Virus record (IMG/VR): IMGVR_UViG_3300037067_011169
Span: 1-64,000 of that record
Source: a virus
Taxonomy: Duplodnaviria > Caudoviricetes
Length of the DNA stretch: 64,000 bases
Direction: 5' to 3' (one strand)
This document shows positions 7,346 to 16,176 of this stretch, one piece after another (within the stretch, counting starts at the first letter, position 1; every line of letters starts with the position of its first letter). Position numbers and translations under genes: made by a program. The notes beneath the pieces are model-generated. The model ran no database searches and was not told the origin of the DNA. It saw nothing but the letters and a program-made list of their open reading frames with translations.

Positions 7346-8631
7346 TCCAATAACATCGCGGCAAACACAACGCTGAGTACGGAGTTGCAATGGTCCTTGT
7401 AGACTTTGCTGTTCTCGACGATCGTTGGCATGACTTGGAACACTTCCGCATGAGTTTTTCCTTCAGCCCGGCGAAACAGTCTGCCGATCATCTGGATCAT
7501 TTCCGGCACGGAATGTCGCTCTCCTATAAGGATACTCCGCTCAGCCTCGGGCCAATCGAACCCTTCCTTGCACGTATCCAGGGCAATAATGAGGTCCACT
7601 TCGCCCCCATTGTCCAGATATGCTTTTCGCCGACGACGGCCCTTCTCGGTGACAAGATCGAGAACCCTCAAGTCACCAACATAGATCAGGATGTCCGTTC
7701 GGCAAATGGGTTTCTTGATCCGTTTTGACAGCCGACTCAGAATTTTCTGGACCTCGGAATACTTGCATCGGCTTGCATAGCGGCTGTTGCGTTTGGCTAG
7801 ATACAAGATCGTCGGGCGTATTTTCTTGAAGATCGAGTCAAGCGCTTCCATCAGATCACCACAGATGACATTGAACTCAAAGGACGCAACGGGCTGCATC
7901 TCCTTGAAGTAGACATCGTAGGGTATATTGAAGCGGACGAACTTTTGCAGGAGAGGTTCGGGGATGATATGGTGCATATCGCCGCGCATGAACGTTGCCG
8001 TGGCAAGACCAACGGGGCTGTCGTTTGCTACACAGTGCCGGACGAGAGCACCGATTGAGTTGCTAATTGTCCCGCCGCCCAGGACTTGGGCGTTCATTAC
8101 GTGGTGTGCCTCGTCGATCCACAACATCGTGTCATCGAATAGTTCGAGGTGGCCCTGTTTGGCGAGCTTCTGGTAGGTGCGGGCAAGCGTAGCATGGGTA
8201 CAAATGAGAACGCGATCGCCTAATGTCTTGTATCGAGAACTCAGGAACTTGATGAGTTGCATGATAGTATCGGAGGCTTCGCTATGACATAAGTTTACAT
8301 TCACTACCCAGGGAATCAGCTTGCGTCCCATCTTGATTTTCCAGTCAACTTTCCCTTTACCACTGATGAAGCCGCTGGCGATCAGCGTTTGTGGGACAGC
8401 AATGATGCACCGGAGTTTCTTATGCTTGAGGAGCTTGTAGAGAACCAGGAACACGATCACCAGACTCTTGCCCCAACCCGTGGGTGCATTGAGGATCACA
8501 TGGTCATGATCCTTGAGAGCCTTGAAGGCCCTTGGCTGTGAGCCACGGAGTTTCGGACAGATTGGGTCAGAGATTACCAGCGGGGCCGTTTGGACCCATG
8601 AGGCAGAAAATAGCTGCTGTGTTTTCATCAT
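7306..8631 (-). CDS. SF2 DEAD/DEAH helicase, YeeB-like
   Basis: APTGWGKS, IIAVPQ, ICTHATL, DEAHH, TATFMRGD, KEGFDWP, QMIGR; motifs match my recollection of the YeeB family. Confidence 0.85.
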   Translation of the reverse strand: MMKTQQLFSASWVQTAPLVISDPICPKLRGSQPRAFKALKDHDHVILNAPTGWGKSLVIVFLVLYKLLKHKKLRCIIAVPQTLIASGFISGKGKVDWKIKMGRKLIPWVVNVNLCHSEASDTIMQLIKFLSSRYKTLGDRVLICTHATLARTYQKLAKQGHLELFDDTMLWIDEAHHVMNAQVLGGGTISNSIGALVRHCVANDSPVGLATATFMRGDMHHIIPEPLLQKFVRFNIPYDVYFKEMQPVASFEFNVICGDLMEALDSIFKKIRPTILYLAKRNSRYASRCKYSEVQKILSRLSKRIKKPICRTDILIYVGDLRVLDLVTEKGRRRRKAYLDNGGEVDLIIALDTCKEGFDWPEAERSILIGERHSVPEMIQMIGRLFRRAEGKTHAEVFQVMPTIVENSKVYKDHCNSVLSVVFAAMLLEDIQRRSVNRRND

Positions 8632-8661
8632 AGTCCCCTATGTTGAAAGGGAAAGCCAGGT

Positions 8662-8690
8662 AAGATAATCGTCGGCTGGCTTATAGGCAA
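8662..8690 (-). promoter_or_regulatory. sigma70-like promoter of the helicase module
   Basis: minus strand TTGCCT, 17 nt, TATCTT, ~30 nt before GGGG-ACT-ATG. Confidence 0.5.
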
Positions 8691-8754
8691 ACTTTTCCGA
8701 CTACGGTGAGTTTCCGGTTGGCGCAAAGATTCCTAGTATAACGCCACAGAAACG

Positions 8755-8786
8755 ACACGAGCCACCCAGGATTAGGTGGCTCGTGT
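8755..8786 (-). terminator. hairpin insulating the helicase module from upstream genes
   Basis: ACACGAGCCACC / GGTGGCTCGTGT 12-bp stem; weak U tract. Confidence 0.5.
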
Positions 8787-8808
8787 TCACTTATGACAGT
8801 CCGATGGA

Positions 8809-8973
8809 TTATGCCTTGGGAGCGTGTTCTTCCGTCATCTCCTGGTAACGAGTTACTGCTTCGCCATACCATTCCCAGTTGTCCACGCCGGCTTGACGCA
8901 AGGCCATGAGGAACAAGGAATTCTGACGCAGGTAATCGTACTCTTCTTGTGATATGGTCACTTGGTCTGGCAT
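8809..8973 (-). CDS. small phage protein (54 aa, not in ORF track)
   Basis: MPDQVTISQEEYDYLRQNSLFLMALRQAGVDNWEWYGEA; GVDNW motif typical of small phage proteins. Confidence 0.7.
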   Translation of the reverse strand: MPDQVTISQEEYDYLRQNSLFLMALRQAGVDNWEWYGEAVTRYQEMTEEHAPKA

Positions 8974-8974
8974 C

Positions 8975-9274
8975 TCAATACTCTACGATCGAAGGTTGGG
9001 CTCCAAAACTCTGGAGCCATGGGATCAGTTTCTCTCGAAAACACGGCGGGCAGATGTGCCAGTATTTGTAGGTGATGTCAATGTCACCGGGCCATGCGTC
9101 TCCTTCGGCGAAGACAACCCCAGTCTCTTCTCGGGTGCCATACCCACTAGACCATTCGACGACATGACCACTCGGTTGGGCCGTGGTAAAGACCTGTTTG
9201 CATAGGTCACAGGTCACGCTCTCCGTGATCTCTCGAACCGTTGGGACTGTCATTGTTTTGATCTGGACGGTCAT
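8975..9274 (-). CDS. hypothetical Zn-ribbon protein
   Basis: CDLC...HICPPC. Confidence 0.65.
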   Translation of the reverse strand: MTVQIKTMTVPTVREITESVTCDLCKQVFTTAQPSGHVVEWSSGYGTREETGVVFAEGDAWPGDIDITYKYWHICPPCFREKLIPWLQSFGAQPSIVEY

Positions 9275-9534
9275 GGGTTATACTCCGGCGTCAACACATC
9301 ACAAATGAAGCCCGCCTCGTTATGGTCATAGTAGGTGGACATGAATTCGATCTCCATTCCCAGTTGAGTACGCACATTGGAGAACCAGTTGTAATCGAGA
9401 TCGGAATATGCCCAGTCCATGGCCTCATTTCTGATGAGGCATCGTGTTCCATGGAGCCAGTCCCCGAAGCCTTTGGGTACAGCAAGTTCACTTTCCATCT
9501 CGAATCTCCATGATCTCTCGCCAGTTCTGGCCAC
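9271..9534 (-). CDS. hypothetical protein
   Basis: co-oriented, stop/start overlap with neighbour; start uncertain. Confidence 0.5.
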   Translation of the reverse strand: MARTGERSWRFEMESELAVPKGFGDWLHGTRCLIRNEAMDWAYSDLDYNWFSNVRTQLGMEIEFMSTYYDHNEAGFICDVLTPEYNP

Positions 9535-9940
9535 GAGCCCACATTCCGTCGTCCACCATCGTTTGGAATCTTTCCTCTGACCGTAACATGAGCGCAGGTC
9601 TCATGAGATGATAGAGCGCAAGGAGATTGGGGAGATCAGGGATACCAATGATGGTATCTTCGTCATAGTGGGTGCAATAGACGCCAAGGTATTTGAAGAG
9701 ACGTTGAATGTCATTCGGCTCCTCCACGTCATCGCGCACGAGGATGTAGAGGCCCAGTCCATCAAAGTAGATAGGAAACTGCTCGCATACGGAGTAACCA
9801 AGGTAGCCAGCCACGTCCCATGCCCAGGCGACCCCGTCTGGCGTATCGGACTTACGCGCCCTGGTGTCCATGTCCTGTATGAAGTTGACGGTCGTTGGAC
9901 GCAGTTGCCCCGCTTCCATCGTGTAGCATTCGTAGTTCAT
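9488..9940 (-). CDS. hypothetical protein
   Basis: ATGA overlap with upstream gene. Confidence 0.6.
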   Translation of the reverse strand: MNYECYTMEAGQLRPTTVNFIQDMDTRARKSDTPDGVAWAWDVAGYLGYSVCEQFPIYFDGLGLYILVRDDVEEPNDIQRLFKYLGVYCTHYDEDTIIGIPDLPNLLALYHLMRPALMLRSEERFQTMVDDGMWARGQNWREIMEIRDGK

Positions 9941-10362
9941 GATTCAGGCCAGTTCAGAATGGGTAAATGGATGATCTCTTCCCACATCTTCTTGCCATCA
10001 TCGAGGTGACGTGGGAACCAGTCTTCACGATAGAGGACAACACCCTTGCAGGATACCGCGTAACGCTGTTCAACGATGTCTCTGATGGCTTTGATGGTGT
10101 CTCCGGTCTCGATGAAGTCATCAATGATGACGTAGTCGCCGAAGACTTCCCCTTCGACTAGGTAACAGCTATGCGTTCGGTCGTGAGGTTTTCGTATCAG
10201 GGCCCATCGTTTGCCGAGTTCAAGCGCCACGACTGGGCCTACCAGCGCCCCGGAGAATCCTCTGAAGACGAGCGTGTTGAAGTCTACGTCTCGTAGAGAG
10301 TCCACGGAGTAATCCACGACTTCACGGAAGATAATCGGATCATTGAATGGCATCGTGTACAT
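9937..10362 (-). CDS. type I phosphoribosyltransferase-fold protein
   Basis: RGFSGALV, IRK and the PRPP loop VIIDDFIETGDT. Confidence 0.8.
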   Translation of the reverse strand: MYTMPFNDPIIFREVVDYSVDSLRDVDFNTLVFRGFSGALVGPVVALELGKRWALIRKPHDRTHSCYLVEGEVFGDYVIIDDFIETGDTIKAIRDIVEQRYAVSCKGVVLYREDWFPRHLDDGKKMWEEIIHLPILNWPES

Positions 10363-10388
10363 GGGTCACATCGTCCTAGCAATCCCAT

Positions 10389-10562
10389 TCATCGTTGAGC
10401 GTCAATATAGGCTGCGGCTACGTCTTGAATAGAACTAGCTAGATACCGGATTGCTCTGGAAATGGCGAATAGCCCATCTACGACGTTAGCTGGTTCAAGA
10501 TTCGCGCCGCTTTCGTTGGGCGAGATGAAAACACGTTCGATTGCGTCTTGTACTGCGTTCAT
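10389..10562 (-). CDS. small hypothetical protein (57 aa, not in ORF track)
   Basis: MNAVQDAIERVFISPNESGANLEPANVVDGLFAISRAIRYL fills the gap. Confidence 0.55.
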   Translation of the reverse strand: MNAVQDAIERVFISPNESGANLEPANVVDGLFAISRAIRYLASSIQDVAAAYIDAQR

Positions 10563-10574
10563 GTTATTCCTCTG

Positions 10575-10958
10575 TTACTTCGCAAATATCCCACAGGCAT
10601 ACCAAATTCCATTCGATCCTTTCACCATGGCGTACCCGTAATAGCGGCAAGGTCCATTTACCGATACCCAGTGGCCATGAGACAGCCGCCAGGATCGGTA
10701 CATTTCCTTGGCGGCTGCCTCTTGACGTTGATTTGGCCAACTCTCGTTGGCAACTTCCGAGAACTCCTCACTTTGAATCTGTTCCCGTAGACGGAGACAC
10801 CGTTGCTCCCACCCCTGGTGTCCCTGCTTTTGCACGCGAGCCTGATAGACTGCGTGGGCTTCTGCCTCACGTTGCAGGACAGGGTGTGGCTGACCCAGCA
10901 GTGATTGGACTCCCAGCTTCCGACCGACGGCGATCAACTCTTCGTTAGGTGTCATCAA
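10575..10958 (-). CDS. CAP/SCP-domain protein
   Basis: AEAHA, GH, EVANES, WRLSHGH, YGYA, WYACGIF pattern. Confidence 0.7.
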   Translation of the reverse strand: MMTPNEELIAVGRKLGVQSLLGQPHPVLQREAEAHAVYQARVQKQGHQGWEQRCLRLREQIQSEEFSEVANESWPNQRQEAAAKEMYRSWRLSHGHWVSVNGPCRYYGYAMVKGSNGIWYACGIFAK

Positions 10959-11140
10959 TGTCCCTTTGCTGTAATGAGCACGACCGGGGTCTGGTAGTAG
11001 TCTTCCGTTCGCCCCTTCTCCACCACATCAATTTCGCGGTGGGAGAATGTCCCGTAACACATTTCAACGGCCATGTCTTTGTCGAAGTGCTCAAGGGCGT
11101 CGATCAGTTCTCCAACGGTTCTTATGTCGCCGAAAGTCAT
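10955..11140 (-). CDS. hypothetical protein
   Basis: TVGELIDALEHFDKDMAV, a common small phage protein pattern. Confidence 0.6.
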   Translation of the reverse strand: MTFGDIRTVGELIDALEHFDKDMAVEMCYGTFSHREIDVVEKGRTEDYYQTPVVLITAKGH

Positions 11141-11257
11141 CTCTCATCTCCCTGAAAAATGAAAACGATGTGAGTGAGTAGATTGCCCACAACCCAGAAA
11201 GGATTAGGAGAATCAAGATCACAAGTAGTGCGGCTATGCCCATTGGTGTGCTCTGCG

Positions 11258-11890
11258 TTATTCCATAGACTCTCGTTCTTCATCGATATAACAGCACGTC
11301 ACCGTTTCACCGGACATTGAGGCTGATCGCATCCGCCCTGTCATGGCACCGGCGGCATTGAAGGCCATCAACGAGTTGGCCGTCGAGTAGTTCGCTGTCG
11401 CATCTCGGGTGATACCGAGGCCACCCGCTTCCGCGAAAGCATCCTGATTGGCACCGAGATAGGTGAACTGCCAAGAGTACACCTTCTGCTGGCATTCGAT
11501 CATCTTTCTGATCTGTTCCTTCGTGAATTCGTGGCTGGCGTTTTCCAGTCCATCGGTCACGATGACGAACACCACCAGAGCCGGCCGTTCTTCCTCGGGC
11601 ATCGCCGCCAGCCGCTCTCCGGTTTCGTTGATCGCTCGACCAACCGCGTCCAGCAGAGCAGTCATACCACGAGGGTAGAGTTTATACGGGGGCACGTCCT
11701 GGACGGGCACGCCACGATGAACGAACTCGTATTCGCTGTCAAACTGCACCAGGGAGAAGACGCACTTGCCAGGATGCTTCTTCTGCTGGTCAATATAGTG
11801 GTTGACGCCATTCTCGGCCTCAAGGCGGCAACTGACCATCGTGCCACTTCGATCAACCACCAAGGTCACGTCCGCATAGTCGTTACGCAT
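11258..11890 (-). CDS. von Willebrand factor A domain protein
   Basis: MIDAS DRSGT, GMTALLDA, VIVTDGLENAS. Confidence 0.9.
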   Translation of the reverse strand: MRNDYADVTLVVDRSGTMVSCRLEAENGVNHYIDQQKKHPGKCVFSLVQFDSEYEFVHRGVPVQDVPPYKLYPRGMTALLDAVGRAINETGERLAAMPEEERPALVVFVIVTDGLENASHEFTKEQIRKMIECQQKVYSWQFTYLGANQDAFAEAGGLGITRDATANYSTANSLMAFNAAGAMTGRMRSASMSGETVTCCYIDEERESME

Positions 11891-11899
11891 TTGCTACTC

Positions 11900-12262
11900 C
11901 TAGTCGATGAGGACCAACTCACACGAGTTGATGCGATCGAGGAAGTCAGGGTCATCCAGGTCTCGGCCGACGGAGCGAAGCAGCACGTCCGATTGCCGTC
12001 GCATGGCGACCGCGGCGCAGAAGCGTTTGTCCTCAGCCCCAGGCTGGTAGACTTCCCATTCGATCTCCACACTGGGACAGTTCAGGTCTTGCGCCTGCTT
12101 GATTTTCCGTTCGTGCTCTTGATGGATGCCGGCAACGGCCAGTCCAACCAATGCACAACTGAGCCGGCACTTGTCGAGACTCGGAGTGGACTTATTCAAT
12201 TCGTCCACAAGCTCAACAAGCAAGGTAACAGCATTACCAATCATCGCATCTGAAACGAGCAT
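11900..12262 (-). CDS. hypothetical protein
   Basis: co-oriented ORF with SD. Confidence 0.6.
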   Translation of the reverse strand: MLVSDAMIGNAVTLLVELVDELNKSTPSLDKCRLSCALVGLAVAGIHQEHERKIKQAQDLNCPSVEIEWEVYQPGAEDKRFCAAVAMRRQSDVLLRSVGRDLDDPDFLDRINSCELVLID

Positions 12263-12285
12263 TGCTCTTCTCCTGAGTTAAAGAT

Positions 12286-12318
12286 GGAAGTGCGCCAAGA
12301 ACACCCTGGCGCACTTCC
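12286..12318. terminator. perfect 12-bp hairpin (terminator or processing site)
   Basis: GGAAGTGCGCCA / TGGCGCACTTCC, 9-nt loop. Confidence 0.5.
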
Positions 12319-12350
12319 TGAACCGCGCCGCCGCCACAGCGAGTCGCAAA

Positions 12351-12587
12351 CTACAAAATGTCGTCGAGGATACCGCGAATGAACTGACGGGCCGCTTTGA
12401 ATCGGAGTATCAAGGCACTGCCGATACATCCGCCAACTGCCATCCCGATTCCAGAAAGGGTGGATGTAGCCAGGTTGCTCAGCGTCTCACTATTGTGAGT
12501 GAGTGCATAGCCGATAGCGGAGACAACCGCAACCACGACGACCAACAGTGCCAGGCTTCCGCTGGCATACGCAAAGAGGTGTTTCAT
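12351..12587 (-). CDS. small membrane protein
   Basis: two hydrophobic helices. Confidence 0.65.
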   Translation of the reverse strand: MKHLFAYASGSLALLVVVVAVVSAIGYALTHNSETLSNLATSTLSGIGMAVGGCIGSALILRFKAARQFIRGILDDIL

Positions 12588-12602
12588 GATGAATGTCCTT
12601 TG

Positions 12603-12809
12603 TTACTCCCGAGTGCATTTCCGATACTTAAACTCCCAAGGGGTACCCTTGAGAAAGACTGTGTGTTTTATGAGGGCTTCCAGGGCTTGGTCCCTGGATA
12701 GTTCAGTCTCGTACCATCGGTGACAATACCACTTCTTGAACCAGCCGCTGTATTCCTCAATCCCAAAACGTTTGTGCTTTTTCTTACGCCGCTTGACATA
12801 GCGAGACAT
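12603..12809 (-). CDS. basic hypothetical protein
   Basis: ORF after upstream stop; start inferred. Confidence 0.5.
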   Translation of the reverse strand: MSRYVKRRKKKHKRFGIEEYSGWFKKWYCHRWYETELSRDQALEALIKHTVFLKGTPWEFKYRKCTRE

Positions 12810-12816
12810 GTCATAG

Positions 12817-13239
12817 TCACTGGACCATAACGGCTGTATACTCTTGATGGTCATAGTAGAATCTCCTGGCAAGTGAATCCACCCGACGATTCAAGCCCCG
12901 ATGATTGAGCGATCTACCATCTCTCCATTGTTCGTAGTGAATGAATTCGTGAATCAGCGTGTCAAGAAGATGGGCTTGTGCTTCCAGTCGCGTGTCAGCC
13001 AATTTGCCTTTCCAGTAATACCAATATCCGGCAATCCAGATCATCGGTATATGAGGTTCCTCGTTCAGGTAGCCAAACAGTCCATAGGATTGCTTTTCAT
13101 CTCCCTCCAGAAGTATGTAGCCGGAAGCAGGAACATTTACGGTGATGGTATGGTGAACCTCATACTTGGTCGCAAGCCACTCCGCGCACGTTCCCAAGAG
13201 TTTCTGAGTCCACTTGGGAACCTCCCTTTCAAACCACAT
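12817..13239 (-). CDS. HEXXH putative metallopeptidase
   Basis: TLIHEFIHYEQW. Confidence 0.65.
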   Translation of the reverse strand: MWFEREVPKWTQKLLGTCAEWLATKYEVHHTITVNVPASGYILLEGDEKQSYGLFGYLNEEPHIPMIWIAGYWYYWKGKLADTRLEAQAHLLDTLIHEFIHYEQWRDGRSLNHRGLNRRVDSLARRFYYDHQEYTAVMVQ

Positions 13240-13247
13240 TCTGAATC

Positions 13248-13697
13248 CTAGTTGAGTTTCAGGGTGCGGACCTGAGAGAGGACCGCATTCAGCGTCAACC
13301 AGGTAGACATGTGCATAATCAGTTTGGACCGGTGTTCGTTGAACCATTGGTAGTTGTCCATATCAGGCCATTTGCCGTCGTATACCTTGGACGCCGACAA
13401 CCAGTCCGCCACCATTTCCAGGATGGCATCATCGGTCATGGGCACGGGACCATCTGGCGTCATCCAGTGTTCCCAGTGATGGTCATTTCGTTGGACGTGG
13501 AGTTGCCACGCCTGGTCGAAGCCATCCCTGGTGCTTCGTTGGCCTTCAAAATGCCTCACGTAAGGCATGAACTCTGAAGGGAGAAACTTAGTGCAATCGT
13601 GGTAGATCAGCCTCCACAACGGCACACCTAGTTTCAGTCCTACACAGAAGACGTACCACTTATGCCGTAGGACAGTCATCAGGTAGTGGAGTCTCAA
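13248..13697 (-). CDS. HD-type phosphohydrolase (DUF5662-like)
   Basis: HKWYV, HDCTKF, HVQRNDHHWEHW, EMVADW. Confidence 0.75.
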   Translation of the reverse strand: MRLHYLMTVLRHKWYVFCVGLKLGVPLWRLIYHDCTKFLPSEFMPYVRHFEGQRSTRDGFDQAWQLHVQRNDHHWEHWMTPDGPVPMTDDAILEMVADWLSASKVYDGKWPDMDNYQWFNEHRSKLIMHMSTWLTLNAVLSQVRTLKLN

Positions 13698-13998
13698 GGG
13701 ATTCTCCCGCGCATCGGCAAACGTTCCGTTTCAACAACAGACGACAAGGACAAGTGTCTTTCAGATTACACAGGCAATGTCCTAACTTGCGAGCCTGTGC
13801 CATCACGTCATACCGCCCGCGTGATCCTGGATTCCACTCCCAAGACCCTTCTCGGACAATCATCGTGCTTGCACAGTATTTGCATGGCAGAATCTCTCCG
13901 TCTTCCTCGGTGACAGGCGTCGTGTCGAGTGTCTCGATGCAACACCGCATCAAGCCACCGATTCGGGCAGGCAATTCTCGAAGATGGGGTTCACTCAC
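13660..13998 (-). CDS. Cys-rich hypothetical protein
   Basis: CC, CKYC and CLC-x5-CPC-x8-CRC. Confidence 0.55.
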   Translation of the reverse strand: MSEPHLRELPARIGGLMRCCIETLDTTPVTEEDGEILPCKYCASTMIVREGSWEWNPGSRGRYDVMAQARKLGHCLCNLKDTCPCRLLLKRNVCRCAGESLETPLPDDCPTA

Positions 13999-14348
13999 AG
14001 TGACGACTCCATCAGCGTTTTCGCATCATTGCGGGCTTGCATCCATCTGCAAACCTTTGGGCCTCCCGATCCTTGGCCCTCCACTTCTCGGATGATATAA
14101 GCCTGATCCTCCAGGTCCCCTGTCTCGAAGAGATCACGCAGGACCTTGATTGGATCAAGCAGTGTCCCCCGCTTCATGGCCTGGAAGATACTGAGTTCCA
14201 TGAGGACATAGGAGACCGTCGCCAATGCCAGGTTGCTGTCAACCACCGTGCCCAGGTCGGACATGAGTTTCAGCATCTCATACTTGGGAGTCAGTTTTTC
14301 CAGGAGGGTGTTCCGCAGGACATGGGCTTGTGCGTTTTTCAGTGACAT
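13995..14348 (-). CDS. hypothetical protein
   Basis: overlap-coupled ORF. Confidence 0.6.
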   Translation of the reverse strand: MSLKNAQAHVLRNTLLEKLTPKYEMLKLMSDLGTVVDSNLALATVSYVLMELSIFQAMKRGTLLDPIKVLRDLFETGDLEDQAYIIREVEGQGSGGPKVCRWMQARNDAKTLMESSL

Positions 14349-14566
14349 GATTGCTCCTTGAGCGCGGCGTCCAGTATGCCAACAAGTCGCTCAGTTTCGG
14401 GTTTCATCGGGCCGGGGGTGTAATCACGATAGTGAATCTCGTCTGGCTCAGCGATCACGACCGTCCCGTCGCCTTTGACGATGCTTCTGGGGTCGCCGTG
14501 AATCTCCAACTTTGCCAACAGAGCCAGGAGGTTGCGTTTGCTCAAGCGGACGATGCTCATGGTCAT
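14339..14566 (-). CDS. hypothetical protein
   Basis: overlap-coupled ORF. Confidence 0.55.
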   Translation of the reverse strand: MTMSIVRLSKRNLLALLAKLEIHGDPRSIVKGDGTVVIAEPDEIHYRDYTPGPMKPETERLVGILDAALKEQSCH

Positions 14567-15891
14567 TTCTCCGCCAGAATACCGGTGCTCTTGAGAAGCA
14601 TCAGATTCATCAGATTAGAGGTGAGATCACCTCCCTGCCCGTCCTTCCCTCCTACGATGACGACCGTGGGCGTCTTCACCGTCGATAAGGCAGCGGCAAC
14701 CTTGGCGTCCCGGTCAGCCTTGATCTGAGCGAGAATCTTGTCTCGTTCCGAGAGGCCACCACCGATCTCGATCTGCTTGGCACGAGCCTCGGCAGCCAAG
14801 ACGGTGGCCTTCTTCTCAAGATCAGCCGTCTCTGCCTTGATGGCGGCGATGGCCTTACGAGTCTCAGCCTCCTGACGCTCCTGTTCGGCCACTTCGACCT
14901 TCTGTTGGGCTTGCGTCACAGCCTTTGCCTTGTTGATGACCGCGACCTCACGTTCCTTGTCGGCTTCGACAGTAGCCTTCTTTTTGAGCAGATTGGAAGC
15001 CGCTTCGGTCTCCGCGACCTGGCGTAAGCCCTTCTCGATAATCATCAGGCGCTGTTGTTGCTCTTCCTGACGTTGGGCCTTGGCTTGTTCCGCAGCCAAG
15101 TAGGACTGTTTCTTCGCCGCGAACTGCTGGAGAGTCTGCTGATCGTACTCGGTCTCCGTGACGGAGAACTGAATGATCTTGATTCCGTATCGATTCAACG
15201 GAGAGTCTTGCACGATGATCGGTTTGCCCTTGGAATCACGAACGATTTCCGTGGCAAGGACCTTCGCCTTGCGCTCCCGCATGATGGGTTTGCCATCGGA
15301 CCCGACGCCGGCCGCCTCGAACTGAGCCGTATCGTTCAATTCGACCTCAGTTCGCCGCATCTCGAACAGACCGCTCGTGAGTTGATCTTCAACCACCTGG
15401 TTGAATTCCGCCTTTCGACTGGCTTGATTCTCGCTGGCGCTCATCATGGGCCCAGTCGATTTCACGCAGTTCACGAGATGGGCTCGCACTGCCGCGATGA
15501 TGCTGGCTTCATTCGAGGAGTAATCCTGGTGAATGAGACTCCGATGTGCCTCGTCGGTGGGCAGTTGAATTTTCACGAACGACGAAATCTTCGCGGTGCC
15601 GCCGTCATTGAACGTGACGGTGATCGATTCGTCTTCTTCTCCACCTTCCCGTTCCGCAGCGGAGTAATAGGTTTGAATGGAGCGAGGCATTGTCCAGACG
15701 GTGGCAAATCCCTTCCAGTAATAGCCGGAGGTGTCACGAACGGACACAGTTCCCGTGACCGACTGCTGAATCTGATAGTTCTGGAAGTTGTTGTGGCCAA
15801 CCAGACCACCCCACAACAGCCCGACGATCAACAGGGTGACCACCGTGACGATTCCAGCCGCAACAAGTTTCACTTGACTTGAAATACCCAT
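14563..15891 (-). CDS. SPFH/Band-7 (flotillin-like) membrane protein
   Basis: N-terminal TM helix, SPFH-like core, long Ala/Glu/Lys coiled coil. Confidence 0.85.
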   Translation of the reverse strand: MGISSQVKLVAAGIVTVVTLLIVGLLWGGLVGHNNFQNYQIQQSVTGTVSVRDTSGYYWKGFATVWTMPRSIQTYYSAAEREGGEEDESITVTFNDGGTAKISSFVKIQLPTDEAHRSLIHQDYSSNEASIIAAVRAHLVNCVKSTGPMMSASENQASRKAEFNQVVEDQLTSGLFEMRRTEVELNDTAQFEAAGVGSDGKPIMRERKAKVLATEIVRDSKGKPIIVQDSPLNRYGIKIIQFSVTETEYDQQTLQQFAAKKQSYLAAEQAKAQRQEEQQQRLMIIEKGLRQVAETEAASNLLKKKATVEADKEREVAVINKAKAVTQAQQKVEVAEQERQEAETRKAIAAIKAETADLEKKATVLAAEARAKQIEIGGGLSERDKILAQIKADRDAKVAAALSTVKTPTVVIVGGKDGQGGDLTSNLMNLMLLKSTGILAEK

Positions 15892-15909
15892 CGAAATATC
15901 CTCGCCTTA

Positions 15910-16176
15910 TTACGGGTTTGACCTAGTCCGACGGCGGATGGTTTCCGCTGTCCTTTGCAACCGCACTACCTCTTGTTCTGCATCCTTCGCGCGTCGCTGG
16001 GCGAGTTCCTCGGCCGAATCGAGCCGCTGAATCACCTCCACATCGTCTTCCGGTGACGGGTGCGTAACATCGACCACCAGGTTGGAGAACCAGCGGCTGT
16101 GGATCAGCCGGCGATAAACCAAGATGGCTAAACCAAGCACGGCCAGAAGGGCAAGTGCTTCAATCGTGGCGATCAT
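15910..16176 (-). CDS. single-TM coiled-coil protein
   Basis: N-terminal hydrophobic helix, charged tail. Confidence 0.65.
   Translation of the reverse strand: MIATIEALALLAVLGLAILVYRRLIHSRWFSNLVVDVTHPSPEDDVEVIQRLDSAEELAQRRAKDAEQEVVRLQRTAETIRRRTRSNP

Noticed and set aside
9937-10362. NAD reconstitution (Adps/Namat) pathway
   Set aside because: PRTase is too short for Adps and no NAMPT-like partner is present
15055-15882. Long antisense ORFs (also 11531-12253, 45087-45908, 53427-54284)
   Set aside because: Opposite clearly recognisable genes; typical stop-poor shadows
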